Made by a program: the position numbers and the translations under genes. This document shows positions 31,196-40,798 of a DNA stretch of 64,000 nt, in pieces. Location of the stretch: positions 2,615 to 66,614 of the forward strand of contig CAWHUU010000003.1 of the NCBI GenBank assembly GCA_963832645.1, read 5' to 3'. Each line of letters starts with the position of its first letter. The stretch's first letter is position 1. This DNA comes from an uncultured Acidobacteriaceae bacterium (GTDB lineage Bacteria; Acidobacteriota; Terriglobia; Terriglobales; Acidobacteriaceae). The notes beneath the pieces are model-generated. The model searched no databases and had not been told where the DNA came from. It worked only from the letters and a program-made list of their open reading frames with translations.

Positions 31196-32932
31196 ATGCG
31201 AACATGCCTGCATTTCATTTGTGCTCTGCTGGTCGCCGTTCAGGTTTGCGGATGCCGCGCACGGCAGAGCGTAAGCGCCATGACATCCACTGAAGGCAAG
31301 GCACCGATGGTGAACTCTGTTCCCGACGTGATTTTCTACAACGGAACGATCTATACGGGCGAGGGACTGGGGCAGGACACGCCGAAGATCGTGCAGGCGA
31401 TGGCTATCGGCGGCGGCAAAGTGCTGGCCGTTGGGAGCAATGAAGAGATCAGGCGGCTTGCGGGCCCGTCGACGCGGATGCGCGATCTGCGCGGGGCCGG
31501 ACAGGATGTCTTTGTCTTTCCCGGATTCAACGATGCACACCTGCACCTTGGCAATGCTGGGTTGACGAAGCTGAATGTGGACCTGACCGACGCGAGTTCA
31601 CTCAACGATATGCTGGAGCGCGTGGGAAGTTACGCCAAGAGCACACCTGCGGGTCGCTGGCTTACAGGCGGACGCTGGGATCAGACGCTCTGGGCCGACA
31701 AGGTGCTGCCAACGCGGCAGGAACTCGACAACGTGACGAAGGGACATCCGGCACTTCTTGAACGTGTGGATGGGCACATTGCAATTGCCAACTCTGCCGC
31801 GCTGGCTGCCGCGGGTATTACTGGAAAAACTGCTGTGCCGGAAGGCGGCGCGATCGACCTGGATACACAGGGAGAGCCGACGGGTATATTGCGCGAGTCG
31901 GCGCAGGATCTGGTAACGAAGGTGATTCCGCCGCGCCGCCATGAGGAGCGGATGCGTGGAGCGGAGCTGGCGATCGCCGATGCGCTTTCGCATGGCGTAA
32001 CCAGCGTGCAGGACAACAGCGACTGGGAAGATTTTCTTGTTTACGAGGAACTGGAGAAGGCGGGCAAGCTGAACTTAAGGATAACGGAGTGGCTTCCTTT
32101 CAAAGCGCCCATTGACGAGCTGAAACAGATGCGCAGCCATCACGATGCGAATGACCCGATGCTGCATACAGGAATGCTGAAGGGATTCATGGATGGCTCT
32201 CTGGGCTCGCGGACAGCGGCGATGAAGGCTCCTTACTCGGATGATGCCGGCAACACGGGATTGCCGCAGTTTACGCAGGCGGAGCTGAATGCGCTGGCGC
32301 TGGAACGCGCGAAGGCAGGATTTCAACTGGGCTTTCATGCCATTGGAGACAAGGCTGCGGAGATGGCGCTCGACGCATTTGCTCAGCCGGGAATCTCTAC
32401 GCAAGCCCGCAACCGCATTGAGCACGCGCAGGTGGTGGACGAGGCCGACGTGGCTCGCTTTGCGAAGCTGGGCGTGATTGCGTCGATGCAGCCCAGCCAT
32501 CTGCTTACGGATATGAACTGGGCGGAGTCGCGGCTGGGCCCGAAACGCGCGGCCTTCTCGTATGCGTGGAAGGCGTTTCTGGATGCTGGGGTTCCGCTGG
32601 CGTTTGGAACGGATTATCCGGTGGAGCCGGTTACGCCGTTTCGCGGGTTGTATGCCGCGGTGACACGCATGAACGAAGCCGGAACCAAGACTTATTTCCC
32701 TGAACAGAAGATCACCAGGGGACAGGCGCTTTTTGCATACACGCAGGGTTCGGCCTACGCGGAGTTTGCCGAAAAGCAGAAGGGCAAGCTGGCGGCGGGA
32801 TACGATGCAGACTTCATTTTGGTGGACCGGGACCTTTATTCCGTTCCGGCACCGGACCTGCTGAAGTCGAAGGTGCTGGAGACTTATGTCGCCGGGCAAC
32901 AGGTGTTTGCCGCCGGAATAAAGGCCCGCTAA
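31196..32932 (+). CDS. Amidohydrolase (Amidohydro_3/YtcJ-like), probably exported
   Basis: PGFNDAHLH, KGFMDGSLG, FHAIGD, RIEHAQ, GTDYP. Confidence 0.9.
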   Translation: MRTCLHFICALLVAVQVCGCRARQSVSAMTSTEGKAPMVNSVPDVIFYNGTIYTGEGLGQDTPKIVQAMAIGGGKVLAVGSNEEIRRLAGPSTRMRDLRGAGQDVFVFPGFNDAHLHLGNAGLTKLNVDLTDASSLNDMLERVGSYAKSTPAGRWLTGGRWDQTLWADKVLPTRQELDNVTKGHPALLERVDGHIAIANSAALAAAGITGKTAVPEGGAIDLDTQGEPTGILRESAQDLVTKVIPPRRHEERMRGAELAIADALSHGVTSVQDNSDWEDFLVYEELEKAGKLNLRITEWLPFKAPIDELKQMRSHHDANDPMLHTGMLKGFMDGSLGSRTAAMKAPYSDDAGNTGLPQFTQAELNALALERAKAGFQLGFHAIGDKAAEMALDAFAQPGISTQARNRIEHAQVVDEADVARFAKLGVIASMQPSHLLTDMNWAESRLGPKRAAFSYAWKAFLDAGVPLAFGTDYPVEPVTPFRGLYAAVTRMNEAGTKTYFPEQKITRGQALFAYTQGSAYAEFAEKQKGKLAAGYDADFILVDRDLYSVPAPDLLKSKVLETYVAGQQVFAAGIKAR

Positions 32933-32973
32933 AGGAAAATAGCCGGACAGTACCTCATTTGCGGCCGGAGTTC

Positions 32974-33002
32974 GCAACTCTTTTGAATTGAATCGCGTCT
33001 AA
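32974..33002 (+). promoter_or_regulatory. Sigma-E-like ECF promoter upstream of the degP-like gene
   Basis: GCAACT-N16-CGTCTAA. Confidence 0.6.
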
Positions 33003-33170
33003 ACCGCAGTAACAGGAAAATTGTGTCCAGGAAACCGAGGGCCCGGCTTTTGAGCCGCCGGAGATACGAATCCGGCCTAACTCATTCGATGCAGACCGGT
33101 TTGCCTGCAAATCGCTATACTAGGAACTGGTGCAATCGTCGGATTGGCAACCAAACGAGGTCAATTAAGA

Positions 33171-34796
33171 ATGAAATCGCTCTTCGAACGGCTTTGGAAA
33201 CGCCGCATGGCTTCAGCCTTTGTAATGCTCGCGACGCTTTCAGCCGCCATTCTTGCCGGCTCCTATGCGGCTCACGGCGTACGCGGACAGGAACAGGAAA
33301 ACAACAGCTCGGATGCGACACCGCTCAAGGTGACGAACTCTTCTGTTCCGCCGAATGATTTCGTTAAGATTGCCCGGCAGGTGGGTCCGGCGGTTGTGAA
33401 CATCAATACGCAGACCCTGCCCAAGCAGACCACCAACCGGGGCGGTACGCGGAACTTCCATTTTGGAACACCGCCCAGCCAGCAGGCACCGGGCGGCGGT
33501 GATGACGATCAGAACGGACCTTCTGATAACTTCCAGGACTTTTTCAACCGCTTCTTCGGCGGTCAAGTTCCGGATGGCGGCGACCAGGGCGGCGGCGTCC
33601 GAGAATCGCTAGGCTCCGGATTCATCGTCGATCCGAAGGGTTACATCATTACCAACTTTCATGTGGTCGACAAGGCCGACAAGATCTACGTCAAGCTCTC
33701 GACCGATCCTGACACGCAGGATCTTGGCCGTCCGGCTCGCGTGATCGGAACCGACAAGGCGACCGATCTGGCTGTGATCAAGATCGACACCAGTTCCCCG
33801 CTGCCCACGGTAAAGATTGGCAACTCAGACAATGCGGCGGTGGGCGACTGGGTAGAGGCGATCGGAAGCCCGTTTGCGCTTTCGCAGACCGTGACGGCCG
33901 GCATTATCTCGGCCAAGAACCGCACCATCGACCCCGGCGCAGGCGGTCAGTTCCAGCACTTTATTCAGACCGATGCGGCCATTAATCCGGGCAACTCCGG
34001 CGGACCGTTGCTGAACATGAATGGCGAAGTGATTGGCGTGAACACTGCCATCTACACGCAGTCGGCCGGGTACCAGGGCATTGGATTTGCGATGCCTTCA
34101 AACACCGTGGTGTCGGTGTACAACGACCTGATCAGCCCGAGTCACAAGGTAACGCGCGGGTCCATCGGCATCCAGTTCCGTGAAGGGCTTTCGGGCGCTG
34201 TGGGCCGTGTATACGGCTTCAAGAACGGCGTGCTGGTTCAGGAAGTTCAACCGGGTGGACCGGCAGACAAGGCTGGCCTCAAGCCCGGCGACGTCATCAA
34301 CTCCATCGACGGCCACTCGATCAAGGACGGCAACGAGCTTGTCGGCGAGATCGCAAGCCGCAGACCGGGTTCGACCGCACGGCTTGGTTATTTGCGTGAG
34401 GGCAAGCAGAACGACACGACGGTGACGATTGGCGACCGCGACAAGGTGTTCGCGCAGATGACCGGTAGCCAGACCGAATCCGCGCCCGGCGATGAAACCG
34501 ATGCCGGCGAGAGCAAACTCGGCGTGGTGGTTCGTGACCTGTCCCCGTCGATCGCATCGAAGCTGAAGACGCCGGGCGTCATGATCACCTCGGTTCGCTC
34601 GGGATCGTTCGCTGACCTGCAGGGACTGGCGCCGGGATATGTGATCACTCATGTGAACAAGCAGCCCACGACAAATAAGGAACAGTTCAATGCCGTGGCA
34701 AGCAAACTGAAAACCGGTGACGATGTGGTGTTCGAGATCGTGGATCCGCGGCATCCCGAGCAAGGCATCAATTACATCGGCGGAACCTTACAATAA
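33171..34796 (+). CDS. HtrA/DegP-family serine protease with two PDZ domains
   Basis: ITNFHVV, TDLAVIK, IQTDAAINPGNSGGPL; two PDZ domains. Confidence 0.93.
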   Translation: MKSLFERLWKRRMASAFVMLATLSAAILAGSYAAHGVRGQEQENNSSDATPLKVTNSSVPPNDFVKIARQVGPAVVNINTQTLPKQTTNRGGTRNFHFGTPPSQQAPGGGDDDQNGPSDNFQDFFNRFFGGQVPDGGDQGGGVRESLGSGFIVDPKGYIITNFHVVDKADKIYVKLSTDPDTQDLGRPARVIGTDKATDLAVIKIDTSSPLPTVKIGNSDNAAVGDWVEAIGSPFALSQTVTAGIISAKNRTIDPGAGGQFQHFIQTDAAINPGNSGGPLLNMNGEVIGVNTAIYTQSAGYQGIGFAMPSNTVVSVYNDLISPSHKVTRGSIGIQFREGLSGAVGRVYGFKNGVLVQEVQPGGPADKAGLKPGDVINSIDGHSIKDGNELVGEIASRRPGSTARLGYLREGKQNDTTVTIGDRDKVFAQMTGSQTESAPGDETDAGESKLGVVVRDLSPSIASKLKTPGVMITSVRSGSFADLQGLAPGYVITHVNKQPTTNKEQFNAVASKLKTGDDVVFEIVDPRHPEQGINYIGGTLQ

Positions 34797-34803
34797 TGCG
34801 AAA

Positions 34804-34837
34804 CGGCGCCTTGTCTCCGGCCGGGGGCGAGGCGCCG
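34804..34837. terminator. GC-rich stem-loop after the degP-like gene
   Basis: CGGCGCCT...AGGCGCCG inverted repeat; no U-tail. Confidence 0.35.
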
Positions 34838-34964
34838 TAAGTCGCCAGGAGTTTAAGAGTTATATAACGGGAACGATTTTAGGCCTTGTCGCAGTGCTCA
34901 TAGTTTCGCTACACTGCTCCAAACGGCCCGAAAAGTTCTGAAGTCCATTAGAGGTAGCGTTAAA

Positions 34965-35492
34965 GTGTTTTTGTCGCGTTCAACTTTTGCTTTGGTTCTC
35001 TCAGCTGCGCTTGTTGTCCCCTGCGCGTTTGCGGCTCGCGTGCATCGCGCCCCTACCAGCGGAAAATCAAAGACGAGCAGCAGCAGATCTGCTCACAAGA
35101 CGAAAACCAGTGCAAAAACCAGAGCAAAGACCAGCAATAAATCGCGCCGCACGAGGCGCAGTGCGCGTAGGGTCCGCGGCCAGCAGAAGATCGATTCGGA
35201 ACGTGCAACCCAGATCCAGCAGGCGCTGATCCGCGAGCATTATTTGTCGGGCGATCCCTCGGGCAATTGGGATCCGACTTCGATGGCGGCTATGCGGAAG
35301 TATCAGTCTGATCACGGCTGGCAGACCAAGCTGACGCCCGATGCTCGCGCGCTGAAGAAGCTTGGGCTGGGGCCGGATTACTCGACCGCGCTGAATGCCA
35401 AGGAAGGCAATTTTGGTCCACCGCCTCCGGAGAGCACGATTCCGACGGAGCAGGCCTCAGGGTTTGCGTCGGCTGCAGGCGTGAACCAATAA
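34965..35492 (+). CDS. Secreted protein with basic low-complexity tract and peptidoglycan-binding domain
   Basis: Signal peptide, K/R/S/T-rich stretch, IQQALIREHYL...AMRKYQSDHG PG_binding_1-like segment. Confidence 0.75.
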   Translation: MFLSRSTFALVLSAALVVPCAFAARVHRAPTSGKSKTSSSRSAHKTKTSAKTRAKTSNKSRRTRRSARRVRGQQKIDSERATQIQQALIREHYLSGDPSGNWDPTSMAAMRKYQSDHGWQTKLTPDARALKKLGLGPDYSTALNAKEGNFGPPPPESTIPTEQASGFASAAGVNQ

Positions 35493-35548
35493 AGACAGTG
35501 GTCAATGAACGGGCGCTGATTCAATTTCAGAATTCAGGATTTGCACTT

Positions 35549-35575
35549 GAGGCCGCTGCTTTTGTCAGCGGCCTC
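35549..35575. terminator. Stem-loop between convergent genes
   Basis: GAGGCCGCTG-cttttgt-CAGCGGCCTC. Confidence 0.55.
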
Positions 35576-35597
35576 CGGTATTTGCGCGGCTTTTGCG

Positions 35598-37151
35598 CTA
35601 TGGACGGAACGGTGGCATTCCTTCCTGCAGGAATTGGTACCGCTCCTCAACGGTTGAGGGTGTTACCGTGATGGGATCGTCGAGGTGCAGGACGAGGTGG
35701 TCCGGCCCGTATTTGGGCCAGAGTGGAACACCTTCACCGTTGGGATCGCCGGTTCTGGCGAAGTTCGTCCAGTAGGTCATGATCTGCTCACTCAGCTTGC
35801 GGTCTTCCGGCCGCCATTTGGCTTCAGGGCGCGTGTCCAGCGTGCCGAATACGTACTCAATGTCGTCGGAGTGAAATGCCTGCCAGTCAGGATGGAATTT
35901 GCTGGGTGGAGCGGGCAACTCAAAATGATAGCGGTAGACGGGCGAGCCTCCGGTCTGGGTGTGCACCTGGATCCATTGCCAGGTGCCGAACGCGATAAAG
36001 CTGTCGCCGGCGTAGTCCGATGCCGAGCGCTCGGCCTGCTCGTCGGTGTTGCCCGGGTAGAGGCGGAGAAACTCCTGCGCTCGATCCCGCAGGTGGACCT
36101 CAACCCAGAGTTTCCATCTCGAAGCGGTCATTCCCTTGGCGTAGGCTTCATCGCGGTTCCAACCGGCCAACAGAGGAACATGGGCCTGAAGACCCTGCGC
36201 GTAGGTGTCGGGCACTCTGCGGGTAAGCACACGCTGGTCGATGACTGGCCTGAAGTGGGGAGATCCCGGCCGGGTTGTGGCTTCAAGGATTTGCGCAGCC
36301 GGAAGTGCGCGCAACTCAGCGATCGAGTTGACGCCAAGAGCGGCGACCCACTTTCCGTCCTGCTGTTCGCGGATCGACAGCGCTTCCATTGGGAGACTCT
36401 GACGAAATTCCGCGCCGCTTTCACCAATGGCCTTATGAAACAACCCGTTCGCCATGGGAGAAGCCATAAGCGTACTGACGGCCATGGAACCTGCGCTTTC
36501 GCCGAATATAGTCACGTTGTCTGGGTCGCCACCAAACTGCTCGATATTGGCATTGACCCATTGAAGCGCGGCGATCATGTCCATGAGCCCGTAGTTCCCT
36601 GCCGAGCCATTCGCTTCCCCGGCGAGATCGTCAGTGACGAGAAATCCGAAGACGCCGAGGCGGTAGTTAATGGTGACCAGCACTACACCCTTGGTCGGCA
36701 GGAAATCGCCGTTATGGCGCGCTTCAGATGCCGAGCCTCCCAGGTATCCGCCGCCGTGAATCCAGAACATGACCGGCAGCTTGCTTTTGATTTTGGATTT
36801 TGGGGGAGTAAAGACATTGAGGTAGAGGCAGTCTTCGCTGGGGCCTGCGTCCTGAAAGGTCATATCGCCAAAGATGGCACGCTGTTCGCAGCGAGCACCG
36901 TAGCGTGTGGCGCTGCGGGTGCCTTTCCAACTGTCGGCAGGCTCCGGGGCTTTCCAGCGCAGATCGCCGACGGGAGGCGCCGCATACGGCAGGCCGAGGA
37001 AGGCTCTGACTTTTCCGTGGTTGATGTGCCTACCGTGAACCTTGCCTTGCTCGGTTTTGACGGTGAGCTGATCGGCAAGGGCATCTGAAGAAGCAGTCAA
37101 CATAAACATGGCAATAAGAAAGATATGAATTGCTTTCGTGCGGAGATACAT
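35598..37151 (-). CDS. Type-B carboxylesterase, secreted
   Basis: EDCLYLNV, WIHGGG, FGESAG, FHSDDIEYVFG. Confidence 0.92.
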   Translation of the reverse strand: MYLRTKAIHIFLIAMFMLTASSDALADQLTVKTEQGKVHGRHINHGKVRAFLGLPYAAPPVGDLRWKAPEPADSWKGTRSATRYGARCEQRAIFGDMTFQDAGPSEDCLYLNVFTPPKSKIKSKLPVMFWIHGGGYLGGSASEARHNGDFLPTKGVVLVTINYRLGVFGFLVTDDLAGEANGSAGNYGLMDMIAALQWVNANIEQFGGDPDNVTIFGESAGSMAVSTLMASPMANGLFHKAIGESGAEFRQSLPMEALSIREQQDGKWVAALGVNSIAELRALPAAQILEATTRPGSPHFRPVIDQRVLTRRVPDTYAQGLQAHVPLLAGWNRDEAYAKGMTASRWKLWVEVHLRDRAQEFLRLYPGNTDEQAERSASDYAGDSFIAFGTWQWIQVHTQTGGSPVYRYHFELPAPPSKFHPDWQAFHSDDIEYVFGTLDTRPEAKWRPEDRKLSEQIMTYWTNFARTGDPNGEGVPLWPKYGPDHLVLHLDDPITVTPSTVEERYQFLQEGMPPFRP

Positions 37152-37238
37152 GCTCGATCTCTCCCGAGCTTACGATAACAAAGTTAATGATGCTGAGCTG
37201 TGACGTTACGCCGGTTCGTTGCGCTCGAGTCTGGGGCA

Positions 37239-38531
37239 TTAATCATGAATCAGGTCACGTTCCGGGGCCAGCAGGTCGGCCATGGTTTCGCGGCGGCGGA
37301 TGAGGCGGGCCTTCGCACCTTCTACCAGCACCTCTGCCGGGCGCATTCGTGTGTTGTAGTTTGAGCTTTGCGACATTCCGTAGGCGCCGGCGTCGAGCAG
37401 CGCGACCAGGTCACCGGGCTCAAGCGGAGCGAGCTTACGATCGCGCGCAAAGAAGTCACCCGACTCGCACACTGGACCAACCACATCGACTGCGCGTGCT
37501 GCTCCTGAGCGAGGCCGCACGGGAACTACGTCGTGGTGCGCCTGGTAGAGCGCGGGTCGAATGAGGTCGTTCATGGCGGCGTCTGTAATGACAAAGGTTT
37601 TTTTGCCATTGCGCTTTACATTGAGCACGCGGGCAACGAGCGCGCCAGCCTGCGCTACAAGAAAACGGCCGGGCTCGATCAGGAGGCGACCTTCGAATCC
37701 CTCAAGCGCTTGCTGAATGGCCGTCGCGTATTCGGCCACTTTGGCGGCGGCATCAAACTGGCCACCGTGGTAGTCGATTCCGAGACCGCCACCTGCGTCG
37801 ATTGACTTGAGGACGATGCCTTCGCGCTTGAGCTGATCGGCAAGTTTTCGAACGCGCATCATGGCCTGGCCAAACGGCTGCGCAGATCGGATCTGCGATC
37901 CGATGTGCACGCTGACACCGTGAGGAATCAGCCAGCGGTTCCCTGCTGCCTTTTTGTAGATGGCGAGCGCATGGCGGATGTCGATGCCGAACTTGTGCTC
38001 GCGAAGGCCGGTGGAGATATAGGGGTGCGTGTCGGCAAATACGTCTGGATTGACGCGCAGAGCGAAGCGCGCGGGTTGCTTGATCTTGCGCGCGCGGGCT
38101 GCGAGCAATTCCAGTTCCGCTTCACTCTCGATGTTGAATTCCAGAATGCCTGCCTGGAGGGCAAGATCGATCTCAGCGGCAGTTTTGCCGACGCCCGAGA
38201 AGACGACGCGGCCGGCGGCGTCGGGCGCCGCGGCGAGTACCCGCTCGAGTTCGCCACCCGAGACAATGTCGAAACCTGCGCCGCGGCCAGCGAGCAGCTT
38301 CAGAATGGCCAACGCCGAGTTGGCCTTGACCGCGTAGCAAACCAGGTGCTCGCGGCCGGCCAGCGCATGCTGAAAAAGCCCCAGCCGCTCCGCAATCTGA
38401 TCGGCAGAGTAGACATAAAGCGGTGTGCCGTACCGACGTGCAAGGCTTTCCAGAGAAACCCTGCCGCAATGGAGGGAGGCGTTTGGCTGGGGACGGACGA
38501 AAGGGCGCGAAGATGTCTTTTGCTGTGTCAC
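37239..38531 (-). CDS. lysA: Diaminopimelate decarboxylase
   Basis: YAVKAN, HIGSQI, EPGRFLV, GPVCESGD, GAYG...SNYN. Confidence 0.95.
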   Translation of the reverse strand: MTQQKTSSRPFVRPQPNASLHCGRVSLESLARRYGTPLYVYSADQIAERLGLFQHALAGREHLVCYAVKANSALAILKLLAGRGAGFDIVSGGELERVLAAAPDAAGRVVFSGVGKTAAEIDLALQAGILEFNIESEAELELLAARARKIKQPARFALRVNPDVFADTHPYISTGLREHKFGIDIRHALAIYKKAAGNRWLIPHGVSVHIGSQIRSAQPFGQAMMRVRKLADQLKREGIVLKSIDAGGGLGIDYHGGQFDAAAKVAEYATAIQQALEGFEGRLLIEPGRFLVAQAGALVARVLNVKRNGKKTFVITDAAMNDLIRPALYQAHHDVVPVRPRSGAARAVDVVGPVCESGDFFARDRKLAPLEPGDLVALLDAGAYGMSQSSNYNTRMRPAEVLVEGAKARLIRRRETMADLLAPERDLIHD

Positions 38532-38624
38532 AAATGGGGTCCAGATCGAAAATGAGGCCTATCTTGAGCGTACAGCATCCGAAGTAACGTTTGTGAGAGG
38601 CAGAATTACTACTACAATGGCGGC

Positions 38625-39590
38625 ATGGCACAGTTTACTAAGGTGGATATTGTTGGAGTAGGGCTGAATGCCATCGATACTCTGATATCTTTGGCTGACT
38701 TTCCCACTGTTGGCTCAAAAGTTGAATATACGGGGCGAGCGATCGCTCCCGGCGGCCAAGTGGCTTCTACCGTGATTGCCTGTCAGACCTGGGGCATGAG
38801 CACGCGTTACGTGGGTAAGTTCGGCGATGACGAAGGCGCGCAACTGCACGCCGAGGCCTTCAGCAGCGCCGGCGTGGAAACGCAGGTCAAAACGGTTCCA
38901 GGCGAGCCGAGCCTGCAAAACGTGATTCTGATCGACAAGAGCGGCGACCGCTCCGTGTTATGCCAGCGCAATGACAATCTGGTGCTGCAGCCGGAGGACC
39001 TTGACCGAGACTGGATCGTGAACGCCCGAGTACTGCATGTAGATGGGCGCGATACCGCGGCAGCCATCCAGGCGGCAAGGTGGGCTCACGAAGCGGGAGT
39101 GCTTGTGTCAGCAGACCTGGATGAGCCGTATCCCGATATCGACGATCTGCTGGAGCACGTCGATTATCTGATAGTGAACAACGATTTCTCGCGCAGGATG
39201 ATGAACGAAACCGATACCGAGCGCTGCCTGCGCCGGATGCAGGTTCTGTATGGATGCCGGGTGACGGCGGCGACGCTTGGCGAACATGGCGTGATGGCCT
39301 GGGATGGGAAAAAGCTGATCCATAGGCCCGCGTATCGCGTCCCCGTGGTAGACACGACTGGAGCGGGCGACATCTTTCGTGCGGGATTCCTCTATGGCTT
39401 GCTGAAGGAATGGCCGCTGGAACAGCAGCTTGATTTCTCATGCGCTGCGGCTGCGTTGAACTGCATGCATAAGGGCGCGCGGGGCGGCGTTCAAACCGTG
39501 GAGGCAGTCGAGGAAGTGATGGTGAATTATCCGCGGTACGGTGAACCGGAGCCCGTCAGTCCCGAATATTCGCAAGCCAGCGTCGCATAA
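38625..39590 (+). CDS. PfkB-family carbohydrate kinase
   Basis: PGGQ...YVGKFGDD and DTTGAGDIF signatures. Confidence 0.9.
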   Translation: MAQFTKVDIVGVGLNAIDTLISLADFPTVGSKVEYTGRAIAPGGQVASTVIACQTWGMSTRYVGKFGDDEGAQLHAEAFSSAGVETQVKTVPGEPSLQNVILIDKSGDRSVLCQRNDNLVLQPEDLDRDWIVNARVLHVDGRDTAAAIQAARWAHEAGVLVSADLDEPYPDIDDLLEHVDYLIVNNDFSRRMMNETDTERCLRRMQVLYGCRVTAATLGEHGVMAWDGKKLIHRPAYRVPVVDTTGAGDIFRAGFLYGLLKEWPLEQQLDFSCAAAALNCMHKGARGGVQTVEAVEEVMVNYPRYGEPEPVSPEYSQASVA

Positions 39591-40389
39591 TTTCAGCCAC
39601 TTTTTCGGGCTGCTCATATGCAGCAAGATGTCCTGCGTCCGGCAGCAGATGATACTCGCATCCGCCGGGCGCGGCGCGAAGCACTTCCATCTCCCCCGGG
39701 GTCACCGATCCATCTTCGCCACCTGCAACCGCGAGTACTGGCACGGTGATGGTTGCCACAGCGGGCAGTGAGTCCGGACGGGCGGCGAGGCCGGCCTGTA
39801 CTGCTACCAGCGCATTCTGGGTGAGCGTCATGCGGCTGCGCAGTTCCGCCACGATGGCAGCTCGGCTGCCGCGCGCGGTTGCGCCGATGAGGGTCTGCGC
39901 CATTCCGTCGAACATCGCGTTGAGGTCTCCCTTGCGGGCTTGTGCGATGTTGGCAGCGCGTTTCTGAAGACCTGCCTCAGTGTCGGGCTGGGGCTTGGAG
40001 CAGACGAATGCCAGCGCGCGCATCCGGGCCGAAGCCTGACGCCACAGCTCTAACAGAACATATCCGCCGATGGAGCAGCCGGCAAAGATGGCCTTATCGA
40101 TGGCGAGGTGGTCCATCAGCTCAAGCGTGTCTTGCGCAAGCCGCTTCATGGTGAGCACCGGCGCATTGGGAACGAGGGCAAAGCCGCCTGCGGGAAGGCT
40201 GGCGCCCAGCTCTGAAGCGCCGTGGCCGCGCAGATCGGGCACAATGGCGCGCACGCCGGGCAAGAGCCCGACGAGCGGACGCCAGTAATCGTGATCGAAG
40301 GGAGTGGGGTGCAGAAAAATTACGGGGACACCGGTACCGAAATCGATAAATGCCAGCCGTGCCCCAGAGGAGGAGTTAAAGAACCTCAT
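39556..40389 (-). CDS. Alpha/beta-fold hydrolase
   Basis: PDLRGHG, GCSIGG nucleophile elbow, AGHL; ATG 40389 overlaps the upstream gene's stop. Confidence 0.85.
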   Translation of the reverse strand: MRFFNSSSGARLAFIDFGTGVPVIFLHPTPFDHDYWRPLVGLLPGVRAIVPDLRGHGASELGASLPAGGFALVPNAPVLTMKRLAQDTLELMDHLAIDKAIFAGCSIGGYVLLELWRQASARMRALAFVCSKPQPDTEAGLQKRAANIAQARKGDLNAMFDGMAQTLIGATARGSRAAIVAELRSRMTLTQNALVAVQAGLAARPDSLPAVATITVPVLAVAGGEDGSVTPGEMEVLRAAPGGCEYHLLPDAGHLAAYEQPEKVAEIMRRWLANIRD

Positions 40390-40718
40390 ATACCTGGAGG
40401 ATACGCCCCCGGATGGGTATTTGCAGGCAGGCCAAGGGGTTCCTCTGGGATTCCGACCCAGCCTGCCAGGTAGGCAACACCGAATACTCCGCCGGAGATG
40501 CACAGCAGAATCACGGTGATGATCCGCACAACGGCAACATCCCATCCATAGGAACGCGACAGAGCCAGGCAGACACCGGCGATCTGGCGGCCTTCACGGG
40601 GCCTCATCAGGGGCCGGGCGGGCATGGGCTGCGGAACGTTGATGGATGACCCGCAGTTTGAACAAAAGCGCGCGCTTGGCGGCAGTGCAGTTCCACATTG
40701 ATGACAATAGACAGCCAT
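40386..40718 (-). CDS. Zinc-ribbon plus PspC-domain protein
   Basis: MAVYCHQCG...FCSNCG then RPREGRQIAGVC...YLAGWVGIPEEP. Confidence 0.88.
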   Translation of the reverse strand: MAVYCHQCGTALPPSARFCSNCGSSINVPQPMPARPLMRPREGRQIAGVCLALSRSYGWDVAVVRIITVILLCISGGVFGVAYLAGWVGIPEEPLGLPANTHPGAYPPGI

Positions 40719-40756
40719 GGCCAGCTCCTTAACCAGGAATATTCTTCCTGACAAAT

Positions 40757-40784
40757 GATACGAATTTCCGGGCGAGGTGGTTCC
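40757..40784 (-). promoter_or_regulatory. SigW-like ECF promoter upstream of the PspC gene
   Basis: Minus strand GGAACC-N16-CGTATC, about 40 nt upstream of the ATG. Confidence 0.6.
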
Positions 40785-40798
40785 CTTTCCGCCGGTCC

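Noticed and set aside
35685-37088. 467-aa plus-strand ORF
   Set aside because: Antisense shadow of the carboxylesterase, expected in GC-rich DNA; no motifs.
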